The notes: generated from the sequence alone by a model not told the origin. A DNA stretch of 64,000 nt from an uncultured Candidatus Saccharibacteria bacterium (GCA_964391975.1 CAYMNZ010000001.1:132465-196464), one strand, 5' to 3'; positions 39,348-49,279 are shown, counted from the first letter of the stretch. Made by a program: numbers and translations.

Positions 39348-40045
39348 TTACTCACGACGAACAGAAGGAGCGATGGGATCAGGAGCACGCTAAACCGTTT
39401 GCGCTCACCCAAATGGATTCGCACGAGCCTTCAAACGCCCTCGCGCCCTTTGTGGTGTTCCTGGAGAAGGAAGGGAGGACGAGGCTTAGCGGCGTTGAAA
39501 TGGGATGTGGCAAGGGACGCAACGTCATTTGGCTTGCAAAACAACCTATCGTCTCACAGATGAACGGCTTTGATTTCTCGACTGTTGCGATAGAAGAGGC
39601 ACGAAGGCGCGCACTAGAGCAGGGCGTTGCGGAGAAGGCGGTGTTCGATGTCATGGACGCCACACTCCCATGGTCCTACGACGCTGAATCATTTGATTTC
39701 GGTATTGATTGCACAGCCTCGGTAGATATTGAGAGCCCAGAAGGAAGAGCCACTGCCATCCGCGAGATGCGTCGCGTTCTTAAGAAAGAAGGCCTCTTGC
39801 TGGTGTATGTGATGTCCACTGACGACGAGTACCATAAGGAGCTCATTGCCAAGTCGCCAGCAGAGGAATCAAACGCCTTCATTCATCCGCAGACAGGGAA
39901 GTTTGAGAAAGTATTCTCTGAAGAGGAACTCGATCGCATGTATGCTGAGTTCTCCCTTGTCGAGGCGCGCAGGATTCCTAAGGTAACGGAGTTCTTTGGA
40001 AAGCCGTATCAATGCCTCCTCCATTGGAGGGTCTACCGAAAGTAG
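39344..40045 (+). CDS. Class I SAM-dependent methyltransferase
   Basis: EMGCGKGRN, GFDFS, RVLKKEG. Confidence 0.85.
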   Translation: MITHDEQKERWDQEHAKPFALTQMDSHEPSNALAPFVVFLEKEGRTRLSGVEMGCGKGRNVIWLAKQPIVSQMNGFDFSTVAIEEARRRALEQGVAEKAVFDVMDATLPWSYDAESFDFGIDCTASVDIESPEGRATAIREMRRVLKKEGLLLVYVMSTDDEYHKELIAKSPAEESNAFIHPQTGKFEKVFSEEELDRMYAEFSLVEARRIPKVTEFFGKPYQCLLHWRVYRK

Positions 40046-40062
40046 GGTGCTATAATTCCATC

Positions 40063-40329
40063 ATGTACGAACAGGAATCCATCAGCGACATGCTCAAGGA
40101 GAGCCTTGCGCTCGCAAAGGAAAATAACAAACTCCTCAAGGCCATGCGCCGTGATGCGTTTATAGGCGGGTTCCTACGCATTGTCCTCTGGCTCGTGGTG
40201 CTTGGCGGCAGTTACTACCTCGCCATGCAGTACCTGCAGCCTATCCTCAGTACGTTGAGTGGCATGCAAGGAGGCGAGGGGATGGATTTCAAAGCACTTC
40301 TCGAACAATATCGCAGCCTTGGTGAGTAG
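40063..40329 (+). CDS. Small single-TM hypothetical protein
   Basis: LAKENNKLLKAMRR followed by a TM; TATAAT 6 nt before ATG. Confidence 0.7.
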   Translation: MYEQESISDMLKESLALAKENNKLLKAMRRDAFIGGFLRIVLWLVVLGGSYYLAMQYLQPILSTLSGMQGGEGMDFKALLEQYRSLGE

Positions 40330-40357
40330 TGCGTTTTAGGGTAAAGTAGCCCGTATT

Positions 40358-40433
40358 GCTTGGATAGCTCAGTTGGTAGAGCACTTCCCTGAAGAGGAAG
40401 GGGTCCCCGGTTCGAGCCCGGGTCCAAGCACCA
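40358..40433 (+). tRNA. tRNA-Phe(GAA)
   Basis: GCTTGGA/TCCAAGC acceptor, CTTCC-CTGAAGA-GGAAG, encoded CCA. Confidence 0.95.
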
Positions 40434-40440
40434 AAAAGTA

Positions 40441-41520
40441 ATGACTTTGTCGAATAAGCTCATTGCCTGGGCGGCCCGAAACGAACGTAAACTTGGTGCC
40501 GCACTCTTTGGCTTTGGCTTCCTCACTGATGTCCTTACCTACGCACTGTTGCCCGTAGGGCTCGCCACACTGGCGTTTACGGCCTTCTTGGTGCTCGCAG
40601 GAGCTGCCATGCTTGGCGCACACATAACCGCTGCGTGGCACGAAGCAGAGCACCCAAGGAAGAGAGCCATTTCTGTCCTCTTCCCGTTAGTTGCACTCTA
40701 CGCGCTCGGTAACCTGTTCTCCGGGTTCGTCATTTTCTATGCCAAGAACTCGGTCATTGGTGTCTCCTGGCCCTTCATCGTCATCCTTATTCTTCTGTAC
40801 GCGGGGAGTGAATACTTTCGGATGTATAAGCACTACCTTGTTTTCCAGACCACGCTGTTTTTCTTCGCTCTCTACGCCTACGCAATTTTTGCCCTTCCGC
40901 TTGTAACTGGAACGATAGGCCCCTGGACCTTCGCCGGAAGCACACTTGCAGCAGGTCTCGTCTTCAGCCTCTACCTTCTTATTCTCTGGGCGGCAAATCA
41001 ACGACGCTTCCAGGAGAACGCTCGGAATACGATAGCCGCAAGTGGTGTCGTCATTACGGTGGTGGTCGTCTCATATTTCTCAGGCCTCATTCCTCCTATT
41101 CCGCTTGCGCTTAAGGACACAGGCGTCTATCACTCTCTCGTTCGTACAGCGGACGGTTACCGCGTGACTGGCGAAACCGCAAAGCCATGGTTCGACGTTA
41201 CGCCAACGCGTGTGCACACCGTTCCGGGTGAGACGCTCTATGCCTACAGCGCGGTGGCAGCGCCTGGAAACCTCACTGGCACCATTGTGCATCGCTGGGA
41301 GCACCACAACGATGGTGCGTGGATGACAGAGAGTAAGATTTCGTTTCCAATCTCTGGAGGACGCGAAGGAGGATATCGTGGCTACTCTGCAAAAGAGAGC
41401 CTTGCTCCGGGAAGGTGGAGGGTATCGGTAGAAACGCCTGGAGGACAGGTGGTTGGTCGGTTGCACTTCACTATAGAAAACACGGGCACAATGCCCGTGC
41501 TTATAGAGCAGCTGCTCTAA
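40441..41520 (+). CDS. Membrane protein with DUF2914-like C-terminal domain
   Basis: About 7 TMs, IPPIPL, HRW, GGREGGYRGYS, GRWRVSVET..GQVVGR. Confidence 0.75.
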   Translation: MTLSNKLIAWAARNERKLGAALFGFGFLTDVLTYALLPVGLATLAFTAFLVLAGAAMLGAHITAAWHEAEHPRKRAISVLFPLVALYALGNLFSGFVIFYAKNSVIGVSWPFIVILILLYAGSEYFRMYKHYLVFQTTLFFFALYAYAIFALPLVTGTIGPWTFAGSTLAAGLVFSLYLLILWAANQRRFQENARNTIAASGVVITVVVVSYFSGLIPPIPLALKDTGVYHSLVRTADGYRVTGETAKPWFDVTPTRVHTVPGETLYAYSAVAAPGNLTGTIVHRWEHHNDGAWMTESKISFPISGGREGGYRGYSAKESLAPGRWRVSVETPGGQVVGRLHFTIENTGTMPVLIEQLL

Positions 41521-41645
41521 CCTACGAGTGCTTGGGAGGCGCTAACGACGCGTGCGAGTGCCTCGCTGCGCTCCTGGTCGTTCTGTGCGGCCTTGTGCGC
41601 CTCAAGTGCATCTGAAAGCGCAGCGATAAGTTCTGGGGAACTCAT
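41517..41645 (-). CDS. 42-aa small protein (not in ORF track)
   Basis: ATG 3 nt after the Hsp20 stop; MSSPELIAALSDALEAHKAAQNDQERSEALARVVSASQALVG*; fills the gap exactly. Confidence 0.55.
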   Translation of the reverse strand: MSSPELIAALSDALEAHKAAQNDQERSEALARVVSASQALVG

Positions 41646-41648
41646 AGA

Positions 41649-42137
41649 TTAGCCAACGCGCACGCGAAGCTTAGTCTGACGTGCCTTGTCGAGCTTCGGA
41701 AGTACAAGCGTCAAGAGACCGTCTTTTGCGGTTGCGGTGCAGGCATCAACGTCTACTTCCTCCGGAAGCAGGATGGTGCGTGAGAAAGAGCCCCAGAAGA
41801 GTTCGCGGCTGAAATAGTTGGTGTCTACCACCTGCTCGCGTTCCTCACGGGAGCCCTCGATAACCACCATATCCCGACTAATGGAAACATTCATTTCGTC
41901 AGGGCGCACACCTGCGGTAAAGGTGCGAATCACAATCTCGTCTGGGGTCTGATACATGTCGATAGGAAGCTGGCCTTCACTCGGCTCCTCCTCGCCGTAG
42001 GAAAGGACCTTGTTAGCGCCCATCTCGCGGCCCGGCACTTTCTGCTGCACTGGTGCCTCATCCTCGAAGTCATCGTAGTCGTCTGAGAGCGGGACGCCGC
42101 CGGTCAGTTTCTGAAAGAATGAGCGTTTTTTCATCAT
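41649..42137 (-). CDS. Hsp20/alpha-crystallin small heat-shock protein
   Basis: PIDMYQT, ELFWGSFSRTILLP, A..KDGLLTLVLPK. Confidence 0.9.
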   Translation of the reverse strand: MMKKRSFFQKLTGGVPLSDDYDDFEDEAPVQQKVPGREMGANKVLSYGEEEPSEGQLPIDMYQTPDEIVIRTFTAGVRPDEMNVSISRDMVVIEGSREEREQVVDTNYFSRELFWGSFSRTILLPEEVDVDACTATAKDGLLTLVLPKLDKARQTKLRVRVG

Positions 42138-42847
42138 GTATCGCAGGTGTTGGCTGGTAAATTTCGGTAGCGGAAGTATTTCAGAATCTCAAATACCGCA
42201 AAGAAGACGACTGCTCCAGTCCAGACCGTGAAGAACGCGAGGAGGGTGTGGGAGCCATCTTCTTGGATTATAAAGAAGTTAAATACGGCATGCAATGCGA
42301 TTGCAAGGATAAGACCGAGGGAGGCAGCCGCTGCCCGAACCGGACGACTGGCCTTGTAGGAGAAGGCAAGCGCAAATCCAATGGCCGAGGAGGCAACGAC
42401 ATGGAGTAACGTAGCGCCAACGAAGCGTAGGTTTCCAGTCACGAGTCCGCTCATAAACTGCCCATTAGAGATGGGGTCGATGAGAAAGAATGCATTCTCC
42501 ATCGCAGCAAACCCAAGCGCCACTGTAATCATGGAGGTTACGAGGTGGGTCGATTGTCTCGCAGCCTTATGGGTAAGAACAAAAATGGCAGCAAGGAGGT
42601 ACTTGGCCGTTTCCTCGATAGTGGCCCAGGCAATGATGGTAGGGAGGCCGGAAGCGAATGCGCTGAAGGCCCAGTGTTCAAGTGGGATGACCAGTGGCAC
42701 GCAGAGCATACCAACCAGAAACGCGATGGCGACGAGCCAGCGAGGCTCCGGGCAACGACGGTCTTCCTGGAGAAGGAAGTCGAGCCATACCAGAGCGGGC
42801 AAGAGCCCGCCTATGAGCGCATAGGCGAATGACTCGACTGAGGGCAT
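42134..42847 (-). CDS. PrsW family intramembrane protease
   Basis: PEP, IEETAK, GFAAMEN, H, LHAVFN. Confidence 0.88.
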   Translation of the reverse strand: MPSVESFAYALIGGLLPALVWLDFLLQEDRRCPEPRWLVAIAFLVGMLCVPLVIPLEHWAFSAFASGLPTIIAWATIEETAKYLLAAIFVLTHKAARQSTHLVTSMITVALGFAAMENAFFLIDPISNGQFMSGLVTGNLRFVGATLLHVVASSAIGFALAFSYKASRPVRAAAASLGLILAIALHAVFNFFIIQEDGSHTLLAFFTVWTGAVVFFAVFEILKYFRYRNLPANTCDT

Positions 42848-42876
42848 GCCTCCATTCTAGCAGGCCGGAAAGGCCT

Positions 42877-45036
42877 CTAGGTGGTCGGCCACTGGGCAAC
42901 CATGAGGAGCCCCTGATCTGGTGCAGCACTCGTCCAAACCTCCTCTGTAATGAATGGCATGAACGGATGAAGGAGTTTGAGGGAGTCCACAAGAAGAGCG
43001 TGTAGGAGCGTCTTACGGGAGGCTTTTGCCGCCTCGTCATTGCCCATAAGAATGGGCTTCGATTCCTCGAGGATGACGTCAGCAAAACGGTGCCAGATGT
43101 AATGGTAAATCTTCTCAGCCGCCATATACATGCGGTATTCCTCCATATCTCGCGTGATGCTTGCGACTTCTTCGGAAAGTTCAGCACGCAGTGCGGCGTC
43201 AGTTTCGTTGAGAGGAGCAGTGAGGTCAGCACCCTCAGTATTCTCAAGGACAAAGCGCGCGATGTTCCAGACTTTGTTTGCAAAATGCTTGTAGCCCTTA
43301 ATCTTGTCTTCGGCGAGGCGGAAGTCGGTACCAGGAGTATTTCCCACAATAAGACTCATGCGTGCCGCGTCCGCTCCATACTTGGCAAGCACGTCGATAG
43401 GGTCGATGCCGTTACCAAGTGACTTCGAGAACTTACGACCCTGTGCGTCACGGACGATGCCGTGCAGGTAGACGGTACGGAAGGGAACCTGCCCAAGCGC
43501 AAATCCGCTCATGAGAATCATGCGGGCAATCCAGAAGAAGAGAATGTCGTAGCCGGTTTCAAGTACGTTGGTCGGATGGAAGCGGCGCAGGTCGCCTGTT
43601 ATCTCCGGCCAGCCAAGCGTTGTAAAGGTCCAGGCGCCCGAGGAGAACCAGGTATCAAGCGTATCCTCGTCCTGTACCCAACCCTCGCCCTCTGGGGCGT
43701 TTCCGACCGCTATCTCTTCGCCCTTGTACCACACCGGCACGCGGTGTCCGTACCAAATCTGACGAGAGATACACCAGTCCCTGAGGTTATCTATCCAGTG
43801 GAAGTAGGTTTTATCAAAATGCTCAGGCACGATGCTTACACCCTTCTCTGCAACGGCAGCACGCAGCAGTTCCTTGAGCGTAATGGAACTTCCAGACTCA
43901 ACGCCTGGAATTTCTGAGTGGTCGATAGCAAAGGGCTTGTTCACGCTGATGAACCACTGAAGCTTAATCTGCGGCTCAATGACGCCACCAGTACGCTCGG
44001 CCGTCGCCACGTTGTGGGTGTAGTCTTCTTCCTTCTCAACAAGTCCCTTTGCACGCAGTTTCTCGATAATCTTTTCGCGAGCCTCAGCAATCTTCATGCC
44101 GGCGAACTCGCCTGCGATAGGGAGGAGCTTCCCGCGCTCATCGATAATCTGCTCCTTCTCCAGGTTATGTCGTTCAGCAATATCAAAGTCGGTGACATCA
44201 TGCCAGGGAGTGATGGTCATGACGCCAGTACCAAACTCCATATCAATAGCCTCATCCTTCACCACGGTTGCGGTGATAGGACCGTTTATCCATTCAAGGT
44301 CAATCTGCTGGCCATCAGTGTAGGCAGCGTAGCGAGGGTCAGCAGGGTGCATCACAACGTACTTGTCGCCGAACTTAGTTTCTGGACGCGATGTACCAAT
44401 AACGAAAGGACCATACTTAAGGTAGTAGAATTTCTCCTTGCGTTCGTCGTACACAATCTCGTCATCCGAGATGGTGGTTTGTCCTTTAGTGTCCCAGTTC
44501 ACGATGCGGTGTCCGCGATAAATGAGACCGGCGTCATACATGCGCTTGAAAAGCTCGTTCACTGCCTTGTTCCGGTTCGCATCAAGCGTGAAGGCTTCGC
44601 GTGACCAATCGCAGGAAGCTCCCATGGCACGAATCTGTCCTTCGATGGTCTTTCGGCTTTCTTCAACGAATTCACCAATACGTTTCAAGAGCTCATCACG
44701 GCCGAGGTCATGGCGGCTCTTCTTCTCCGCTTTCATAATGTCCTTCTCTACCTTTGACTGTGTCGCGATGGCGGCGTGGTCGGTTCCTGGGAGCCAGAGG
44801 GTGGCCTTACCGCGCATGCGGTTGTAACGAATGAGAATGTCTTCAATGGTGAGGCCAAGCGCATGACCCATGTGGAGCACTCCCGTCGCGTTTGGCGGCG
44901 GCATTATGATGGTGTAAGTCTCGCTTCGCTCCCCAGGAAGCTCATCCGGGTTGAAATACCCACTCTTCTCCCAAACCGCATAGATACGGCCTTCTGTGGC
45001 GGAGGAATCGTAGGGCTTCTTAAACTTCTCGTCCAT
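42877..45036 (-). CDS. valS: Valine--tRNA ligase (short form)
   Basis: PPPNATGVLHMGH, DWCISRQIWYGH, KFSKS, LLHPFMPFITEE. Confidence 0.96.
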   Translation of the reverse strand: MDEKFKKPYDSSATEGRIYAVWEKSGYFNPDELPGERSETYTIIMPPPNATGVLHMGHALGLTIEDILIRYNRMRGKATLWLPGTDHAAIATQSKVEKDIMKAEKKSRHDLGRDELLKRIGEFVEESRKTIEGQIRAMGASCDWSREAFTLDANRNKAVNELFKRMYDAGLIYRGHRIVNWDTKGQTTISDDEIVYDERKEKFYYLKYGPFVIGTSRPETKFGDKYVVMHPADPRYAAYTDGQQIDLEWINGPITATVVKDEAIDMEFGTGVMTITPWHDVTDFDIAERHNLEKEQIIDERGKLLPIAGEFAGMKIAEAREKIIEKLRAKGLVEKEEDYTHNVATAERTGGVIEPQIKLQWFISVNKPFAIDHSEIPGVESGSSITLKELLRAAVAEKGVSIVPEHFDKTYFHWIDNLRDWCISRQIWYGHRVPVWYKGEEIAVGNAPEGEGWVQDEDTLDTWFSSGAWTFTTLGWPEITGDLRRFHPTNVLETGYDILFFWIARMILMSGFALGQVPFRTVYLHGIVRDAQGRKFSKSLGNGIDPIDVLAKYGADAARMSLIVGNTPGTDFRLAEDKIKGYKHFANKVWNIARFVLENTEGADLTAPLNETDAALRAELSEEVASITRDMEEYRMYMAAEKIYHYIWHRFADVILEESKPILMGNDEAAKASRKTLLHALLVDSLKLLHPFMPFITEEVWTSAAPDQGLLMVAQWPTT

Positions 45037-45056
45037 AATCTGGAAAGTGTAGCAGG

Positions 45057-46217
45057 TTATCGCTCTAGGGCGAGGTTGCCGTCTGCTCGCATGCTGCCCG
45101 CCTCCATGAACTCGCCCTCCTGTGCGCGGTAGAAGCCTGCGATGCCTATCATGACGGCATTGTCGCCCGTGAAGCCCTCGGGAGGGAAGTAGACCTGCAC
45201 GTGGGGGTGCTCCTGTGCAAGGCGTTCGCTGAAATAGGTTTTGAGGTGCCTATTTGCAGAAACACCACCACCAACTGCAAGTGTTTTTGCCTCACTCTCT
45301 TCGAGTGCTTTTGCAGTTTTCGCATATAGCACCTCTACCGCTGCATCTTCAAACTCACGAGCTACCTCGCACTTGTCGGTATCCGTAAGCTCGCGGTCTT
45401 TCACCAAATACATGACTGCAGTCTTAAGACCGCTGAAAGAAAAATCAAAATCAGGTGAACTAATCATCGGACGGGGGAGCTTCACAGCTGAGTCGCTGGC
45501 ACGCATCGGGTGCGCAAGTCGTGAAATCTCAGGACCACCTGGGTACGGGAGCCCAAGCATGCGCGCAACTTTATCAAACGCTTCTCCCACTGCGTCGTCG
45601 CGAGTTCGTCCGACGAGTGCATAGGAGTGCCATCCGCCCATAAGAATAAGTTCAGTGTGTCCGCCGGAAATGAGAAGTGCCAAGGCGGGGAACTGAAGAT
45701 CTGAGATGGAGAAGGACCGTGCGTCGCCTTTTACCAAGGAAGCAAGCAGGTGTCCTTCCATGTGGTCAACAGGAACCAATGGCTTCTCCCATACGAGTGA
45801 AAGCGCCTGTGCAAAGTTAACACCCACCCAGAGCGCAGGCTCAAGGCCAGGACCGCGGGTAACCGCGATGGCGTCGATATCAGGAACAACTACTCCAGAT
45901 AGAAACTCCACCAACTGTTCTTTTAGGTCGTGCTCGCGGTCGAGGAGTGCGCCGATTTTCTTCTCTACGTTGAGGGTAGGTCCATCAACATACATTCCCG
46001 CCTCAATAAGAGCCGCGCGCAGAAGCGGCGTGAGGTTCTTTGCGTGCTCGCGCTTAGCAACTGCCGGGAAGACTCCACCAAACTCTCGGTGCACGTCTAT
46101 CTGGGAATAGAGGGCGTTTCCAAGAATAGTAAAGCGGGCAGATTCTTTAGAACCTGTGGCTTCGAGGATAGCGACTGCAGTCTCGTCGCAGCTTGTCTCT
46201 ATGGAAAGGACTTTCAT
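45057..46217 (-). CDS. tsaD: tRNA t6A synthase TsaD
   Basis: IETSCDET, GPGL, HMEGH, SGGHT, DDAVGEAFDK, DNAVMI. Confidence 0.96.
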   Translation of the reverse strand: MKVLSIETSCDETAVAILEATGSKESARFTILGNALYSQIDVHREFGGVFPAVAKREHAKNLTPLLRAALIEAGMYVDGPTLNVEKKIGALLDREHDLKEQLVEFLSGVVVPDIDAIAVTRGPGLEPALWVGVNFAQALSLVWEKPLVPVDHMEGHLLASLVKGDARSFSISDLQFPALALLISGGHTELILMGGWHSYALVGRTRDDAVGEAFDKVARMLGLPYPGGPEISRLAHPMRASDSAVKLPRPMISSPDFDFSFSGLKTAVMYLVKDRELTDTDKCEVAREFEDAAVEVLYAKTAKALEESEAKTLAVGGGVSANRHLKTYFSERLAQEHPHVQVYFPPEGFTGDNAVMIGIAGFYRAQEGEFMEAGSMRADGNLALER

Positions 46218-47050
46218 CCGTCTAATTGTTCCCAAGGAATTGGAGAACCCCAAGGAAGGGAGAAGGCGGCGGCGTTAGGGTGCCCATTGCCGCCGTACTT
46301 CTGTGCAATTTTAGCGACATCGACCGAGCCGTCACCCCGCAGCGATACGCGCAGTCCATCAGGGCGTGCCTGCACACACAAAGCGAGCGGCGCCTTCTTT
46401 CGTGCAAGGCGGTTCCCAAGATCAGAAGAGAAGATGCTGATGGTTGCGGCGAAATAGCATTCATAGCCCTCAAACCGCACGAGCTTCGCGTCTTCTGCCA
46501 GTTCAGCAACGATGGAATCAGAGTGCGTGCGGTAGATTTCTCCACGCTCAATCATCTTTGCGCGTATTGCGGGGTCTTCAATTTCTCCGGCAATCCTGTC
46601 CCATGCCTCGAAGGTAAAGGGCTGGGTATAGATAGAGGCGAGGAGTTCGCGGGAATGAGGGAGCGCGAAACGGTAGAGGTCACCTTCCTGCACATAGGTA
46701 AGGAGTGTGGGCACGGCAGTGTCAGGATGGAAATATTCCCAGGCGATGACCGCGCCGGAACGACTCGCGTCATATACATGGTTTTTCATGCTCTCGACGA
46801 CGTCCTTCACTCCTTCGTGGTGGTCAAGCACGACCAGAGAAGCTGCTTCCTCCTCTAGCCGATTCATATCTTCCTGGTGGTAGATGAAATCGATGAAATA
46901 CAGGTGCGCACCCGAAAGACCTTCAGGCACCGGCCGGCCGTGTTTAACCGGCAGGTACTCCGCAGCGTCTCCAAACTTCTTCCAGGCTGCGTACGCGCCC
47001 CCGAAGCCGTCGGGGCAGTCACCATGGAAGAGAATGACGGTACGTTCCAT
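46214..47050 (-). CDS. DHH/DHHA1 phosphoesterase (nanoRNase NrnB-like)
   Basis: HGDCPDG, LDHH, SLR, GGNGHPNAA. Confidence 0.85.
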   Translation of the reverse strand: MERTVILFHGDCPDGFGGAYAAWKKFGDAAEYLPVKHGRPVPEGLSGAHLYFIDFIYHQEDMNRLEEEAASLVVLDHHEGVKDVVESMKNHVYDASRSGAVIAWEYFHPDTAVPTLLTYVQEGDLYRFALPHSRELLASIYTQPFTFEAWDRIAGEIEDPAIRAKMIERGEIYRTHSDSIVAELAEDAKLVRFEGYECYFAATISIFSSDLGNRLARKKAPLALCVQARPDGLRVSLRGDGSVDVAKIAQKYGGNGHPNAAAFSLPWGSPIPWEQLDG

Positions 47051-47053
47051 ATC

Positions 47054-48049
47054 CTAGGTTTTCGCTTTGGCTCGCTCCTTAAGCGAGGACCAGAGTGCTG
47101 CGGCAACGAAGGCGATACCGATGAGACCCGTAATCGCTTCAGGGACACGGAAGAAGAGGGACATGAGCATGGTGGCTGCGAGTCCGAGAATTGCCCAATG
47201 CGCACCGTGTTCAAGGTAGACGAGAGTATCAAGCGTCTTCTGGCGCACCATATAGACGGTGAGCGACCTCACGAAATACGCACCGACACCAAGACCTATC
47301 ACGATAGATATGAGCTCGTTGGTGATAGCAAACGCACCAATCACACCGTCAAGCGAGAAAGCGGCGTCGAGAATGTTGAGGTAGATAAAGAGCGCAAACC
47401 CGCTTGCAGCAGCCCCTGCTTCTACAGTGAAGGCGTTTGCGATTCCCTGCATAAGGATGAAAAGCACGATGCCAACAATACCCGAGAAGAGGATGGTAGC
47501 GGCGTGTGCTGGTACAACGAACGCGATTCCTGCGATGACAGCAAGAGAAATACCAATCTCAAGCGCTTCAATACGGCCCCAACGAGAAATGTGCTTCTCG
47601 ATGACATGCAGCCAATGCACCTCCTTCGCTTCATCAAAGAAGTATTTGAGTGACACCATAAGAAGGAAGATACCGCCGAAAGAAGAGATGGCCATGTGTG
47701 CGCCCTCGAGCAGGTGACCATAGGCTTCCGGGTCATTAAAGGCGAGTTGTGCTACTACCCACGGAGACACTGATACCGAAAGGGCAACGATAAGTATCGG
47801 GAGCACGAAGCGTGTGAGGAATACCGCAATCAGGATGCCCCAGGTAAGGAAGCGGCCCTGCCACTTCTCGCTCATCTGGGCGAGGATTTTGGCGTTCACC
47901 ACCGCGTTATCAAACGACAACGTCACCTCAAGCAGGGTAAGGAGAAGCGTAATAAGGAAGGCGTGGAAGCCGCCCCAGAGGTAGACGCCGACAAGTGCCG
48001 CTATCCAAATAAGAACGGGAAACGCGAAGGTGCGAATGGCAGGGTTCAT
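47054..48049 (-). CDS. DUF475/TerC-like membrane protein
   Basis: LEVTLSFDNAVVNA, DAAFSLDGVIGAFAIT, YLEHGAHWAI. Confidence 0.88.
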   Translation of the reverse strand: MNPAIRTFAFPVLIWIAALVGVYLWGGFHAFLITLLLTLLEVTLSFDNAVVNAKILAQMSEKWQGRFLTWGILIAVFLTRFVLPILIVALSVSVSPWVVAQLAFNDPEAYGHLLEGAHMAISSFGGIFLLMVSLKYFFDEAKEVHWLHVIEKHISRWGRIEALEIGISLAVIAGIAFVVPAHAATILFSGIVGIVLFILMQGIANAFTVEAGAAASGFALFIYLNILDAAFSLDGVIGAFAITNELISIVIGLGVGAYFVRSLTVYMVRQKTLDTLVYLEHGAHWAILGLAATMLMSLFFRVPEAITGLIGIAFVAAALWSSLKERAKAKT

Positions 48050-48056
48050 GTTTTTG

Positions 48057-48129
48057 TGCGCGGTGCAAGATTCGAACTTGCGACCCTCTCAACGTCAATG
48101 AGATGCTCTACCAACTGAGCTAACCGCGC
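48057..48129 (-). tRNA. tRNA-Val(GAC), CCA not encoded
   Basis: GCGCGGT/ACCGCGC acceptor, TCTCA-TTGACGT-TGAGA. Confidence 0.95.
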
Positions 48130-48172
48130 AGTTCTCGCACAATATCGCACTTTCATGTAGGATTCAAACCGC

Positions 48173-48796
48173 ATGAAAATCGTTGTTCTCGAAGACGGTA
48201 ACCTCGACGCGGTAGCAAAGGAGGCGGCAGACGCCCTTAAAAAGGGCGGTATTGTCATCTACCCAACCGACACTCTCTACGGTATCGGGGTGAACGCACT
48301 TGATGAAACTGCGCTTACCAAACTCCGCCGACTTAAGGTCAGGGAACAGAAGAAGCCCATGAGCATTCTTGTTCCTTCGGTTGCGCATATCTCTCGCTAC
48401 GGCCACATGACGAATGCTGCCCAAGAGATTGCCGAGCGACACCTCCCCGGCGGTCTCACCCTTATCCTCCCAGCGACCGAGCACGCACCCCGTGATATCT
48501 CACTTAATGATGCTATCGGCATCCGTGTGCCGGGAGATGAGTTTTGTCGTGCACTCTCAGAGGCGTTTGATGGCCCTATTACTGCAACCAGCGCCAATCG
48601 TGCCGGTCTCCAGACTCCGTGCGATATCCGCAGCATCATTGAGCATTTCGGTCCAGACATTGAACATCTTTCAATTGTTGTTGATGGCGGTGAGCGCGCA
48701 GGCGGCACTCCCTCGACGGTGGTGTCGTTCGTCCACGGAGAGATTCCTAGAATACTTCGCGAGGGGGTAATTACGCGCGAGGAGCTTGGATTATAA
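48173..48796 (+). CDS. tsaC: L-threonylcarbamoyladenylate synthase (TsaC/YrdC)
   Basis: YPTDTLYG, K.R...KP, TATSAN, PSTVV, ILREG. Confidence 0.92.
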   Translation: MKIVVLEDGNLDAVAKEAADALKKGGIVIYPTDTLYGIGVNALDETALTKLRRLKVREQKKPMSILVPSVAHISRYGHMTNAAQEIAERHLPGGLTLILPATEHAPRDISLNDAIGIRVPGDEFCRALSEAFDGPITATSANRAGLQTPCDIRSIIEHFGPDIEHLSIVVDGGERAGGTPSTVVSFVHGEIPRILREGVITREELGL

Positions 48797-48818
48797 GGTT
48801 CGAATCCTAGGCGGCCAG
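48796..48818 (+). repeat. tRNA(Gln)-like 3' fragment (att-like site B)
   Basis: AGG-TTCGAAT-CCTAG-GCGGCCA-G directly after the tsaC stop; the CCA-G end fits Gln C70/C71/A72/G73. Confidence 0.7.
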
Positions 48819-48838
48819 CAATGTGATAGCATTTCTCT

Positions 48839-49279
48839 ATGTCCACTGAAGATCCAACACGTAAGGTAGAAACTCACGAAAAGGGAGATGATAAGCTCGG
48901 CGAAATAGTCGAGCTGATGAGGCCGTCATACCAGGTTATAGATACCGGTGTTCTTAACGATAAGCATCGCGAGACGCTCTATAACTTTGAATTCGGAAAT
49001 TTTAATGGAGAATCACTTTCCTTGGTGCGTTTCGAGAAAGGGGCGCTTCGCCCTCCACATATCCACGATACTTCAGCAGCCAAGTTCTACTTCATCGAAG
49101 GTAATGGATTTGTAATCCTAAACGGCGAGAAGATACCGTATGCAAAAGGCACGTATGTAGAGGTTCCCGCAGGAGCACCGCATGGGTTTGAAGTTACGGA
49201 GGACACCTTGATGTTCTCGATTCAGGACAATGGCGGGATTATAAAAGAAGATAAGTCTATAGATTTTAGGTACGAATAG
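48839..49279 (+). CDS. Cupin domain protein
   Basis: PPHIH, FYFIEGNG, VPAGAPHGF. Confidence 0.85.
   Translation: MSTEDPTRKVETHEKGDDKLGEIVELMRPSYQVIDTGVLNDKHRETLYNFEFGNFNGESLSLVRFEKGALRPPHIHDTSAAKFYFIEGNGFVILNGEKIPYAKGTYVEVPAGAPHGFEVTEDTLMFSIQDNGGIIKEDKSIDFRYE

Noticed and set aside
42877-45036. ValS truncation as a pseudogene
   Set aside because: All catalytic motifs are intact; only the C-terminal coiled-coil arm is missing, as in other short ValRS
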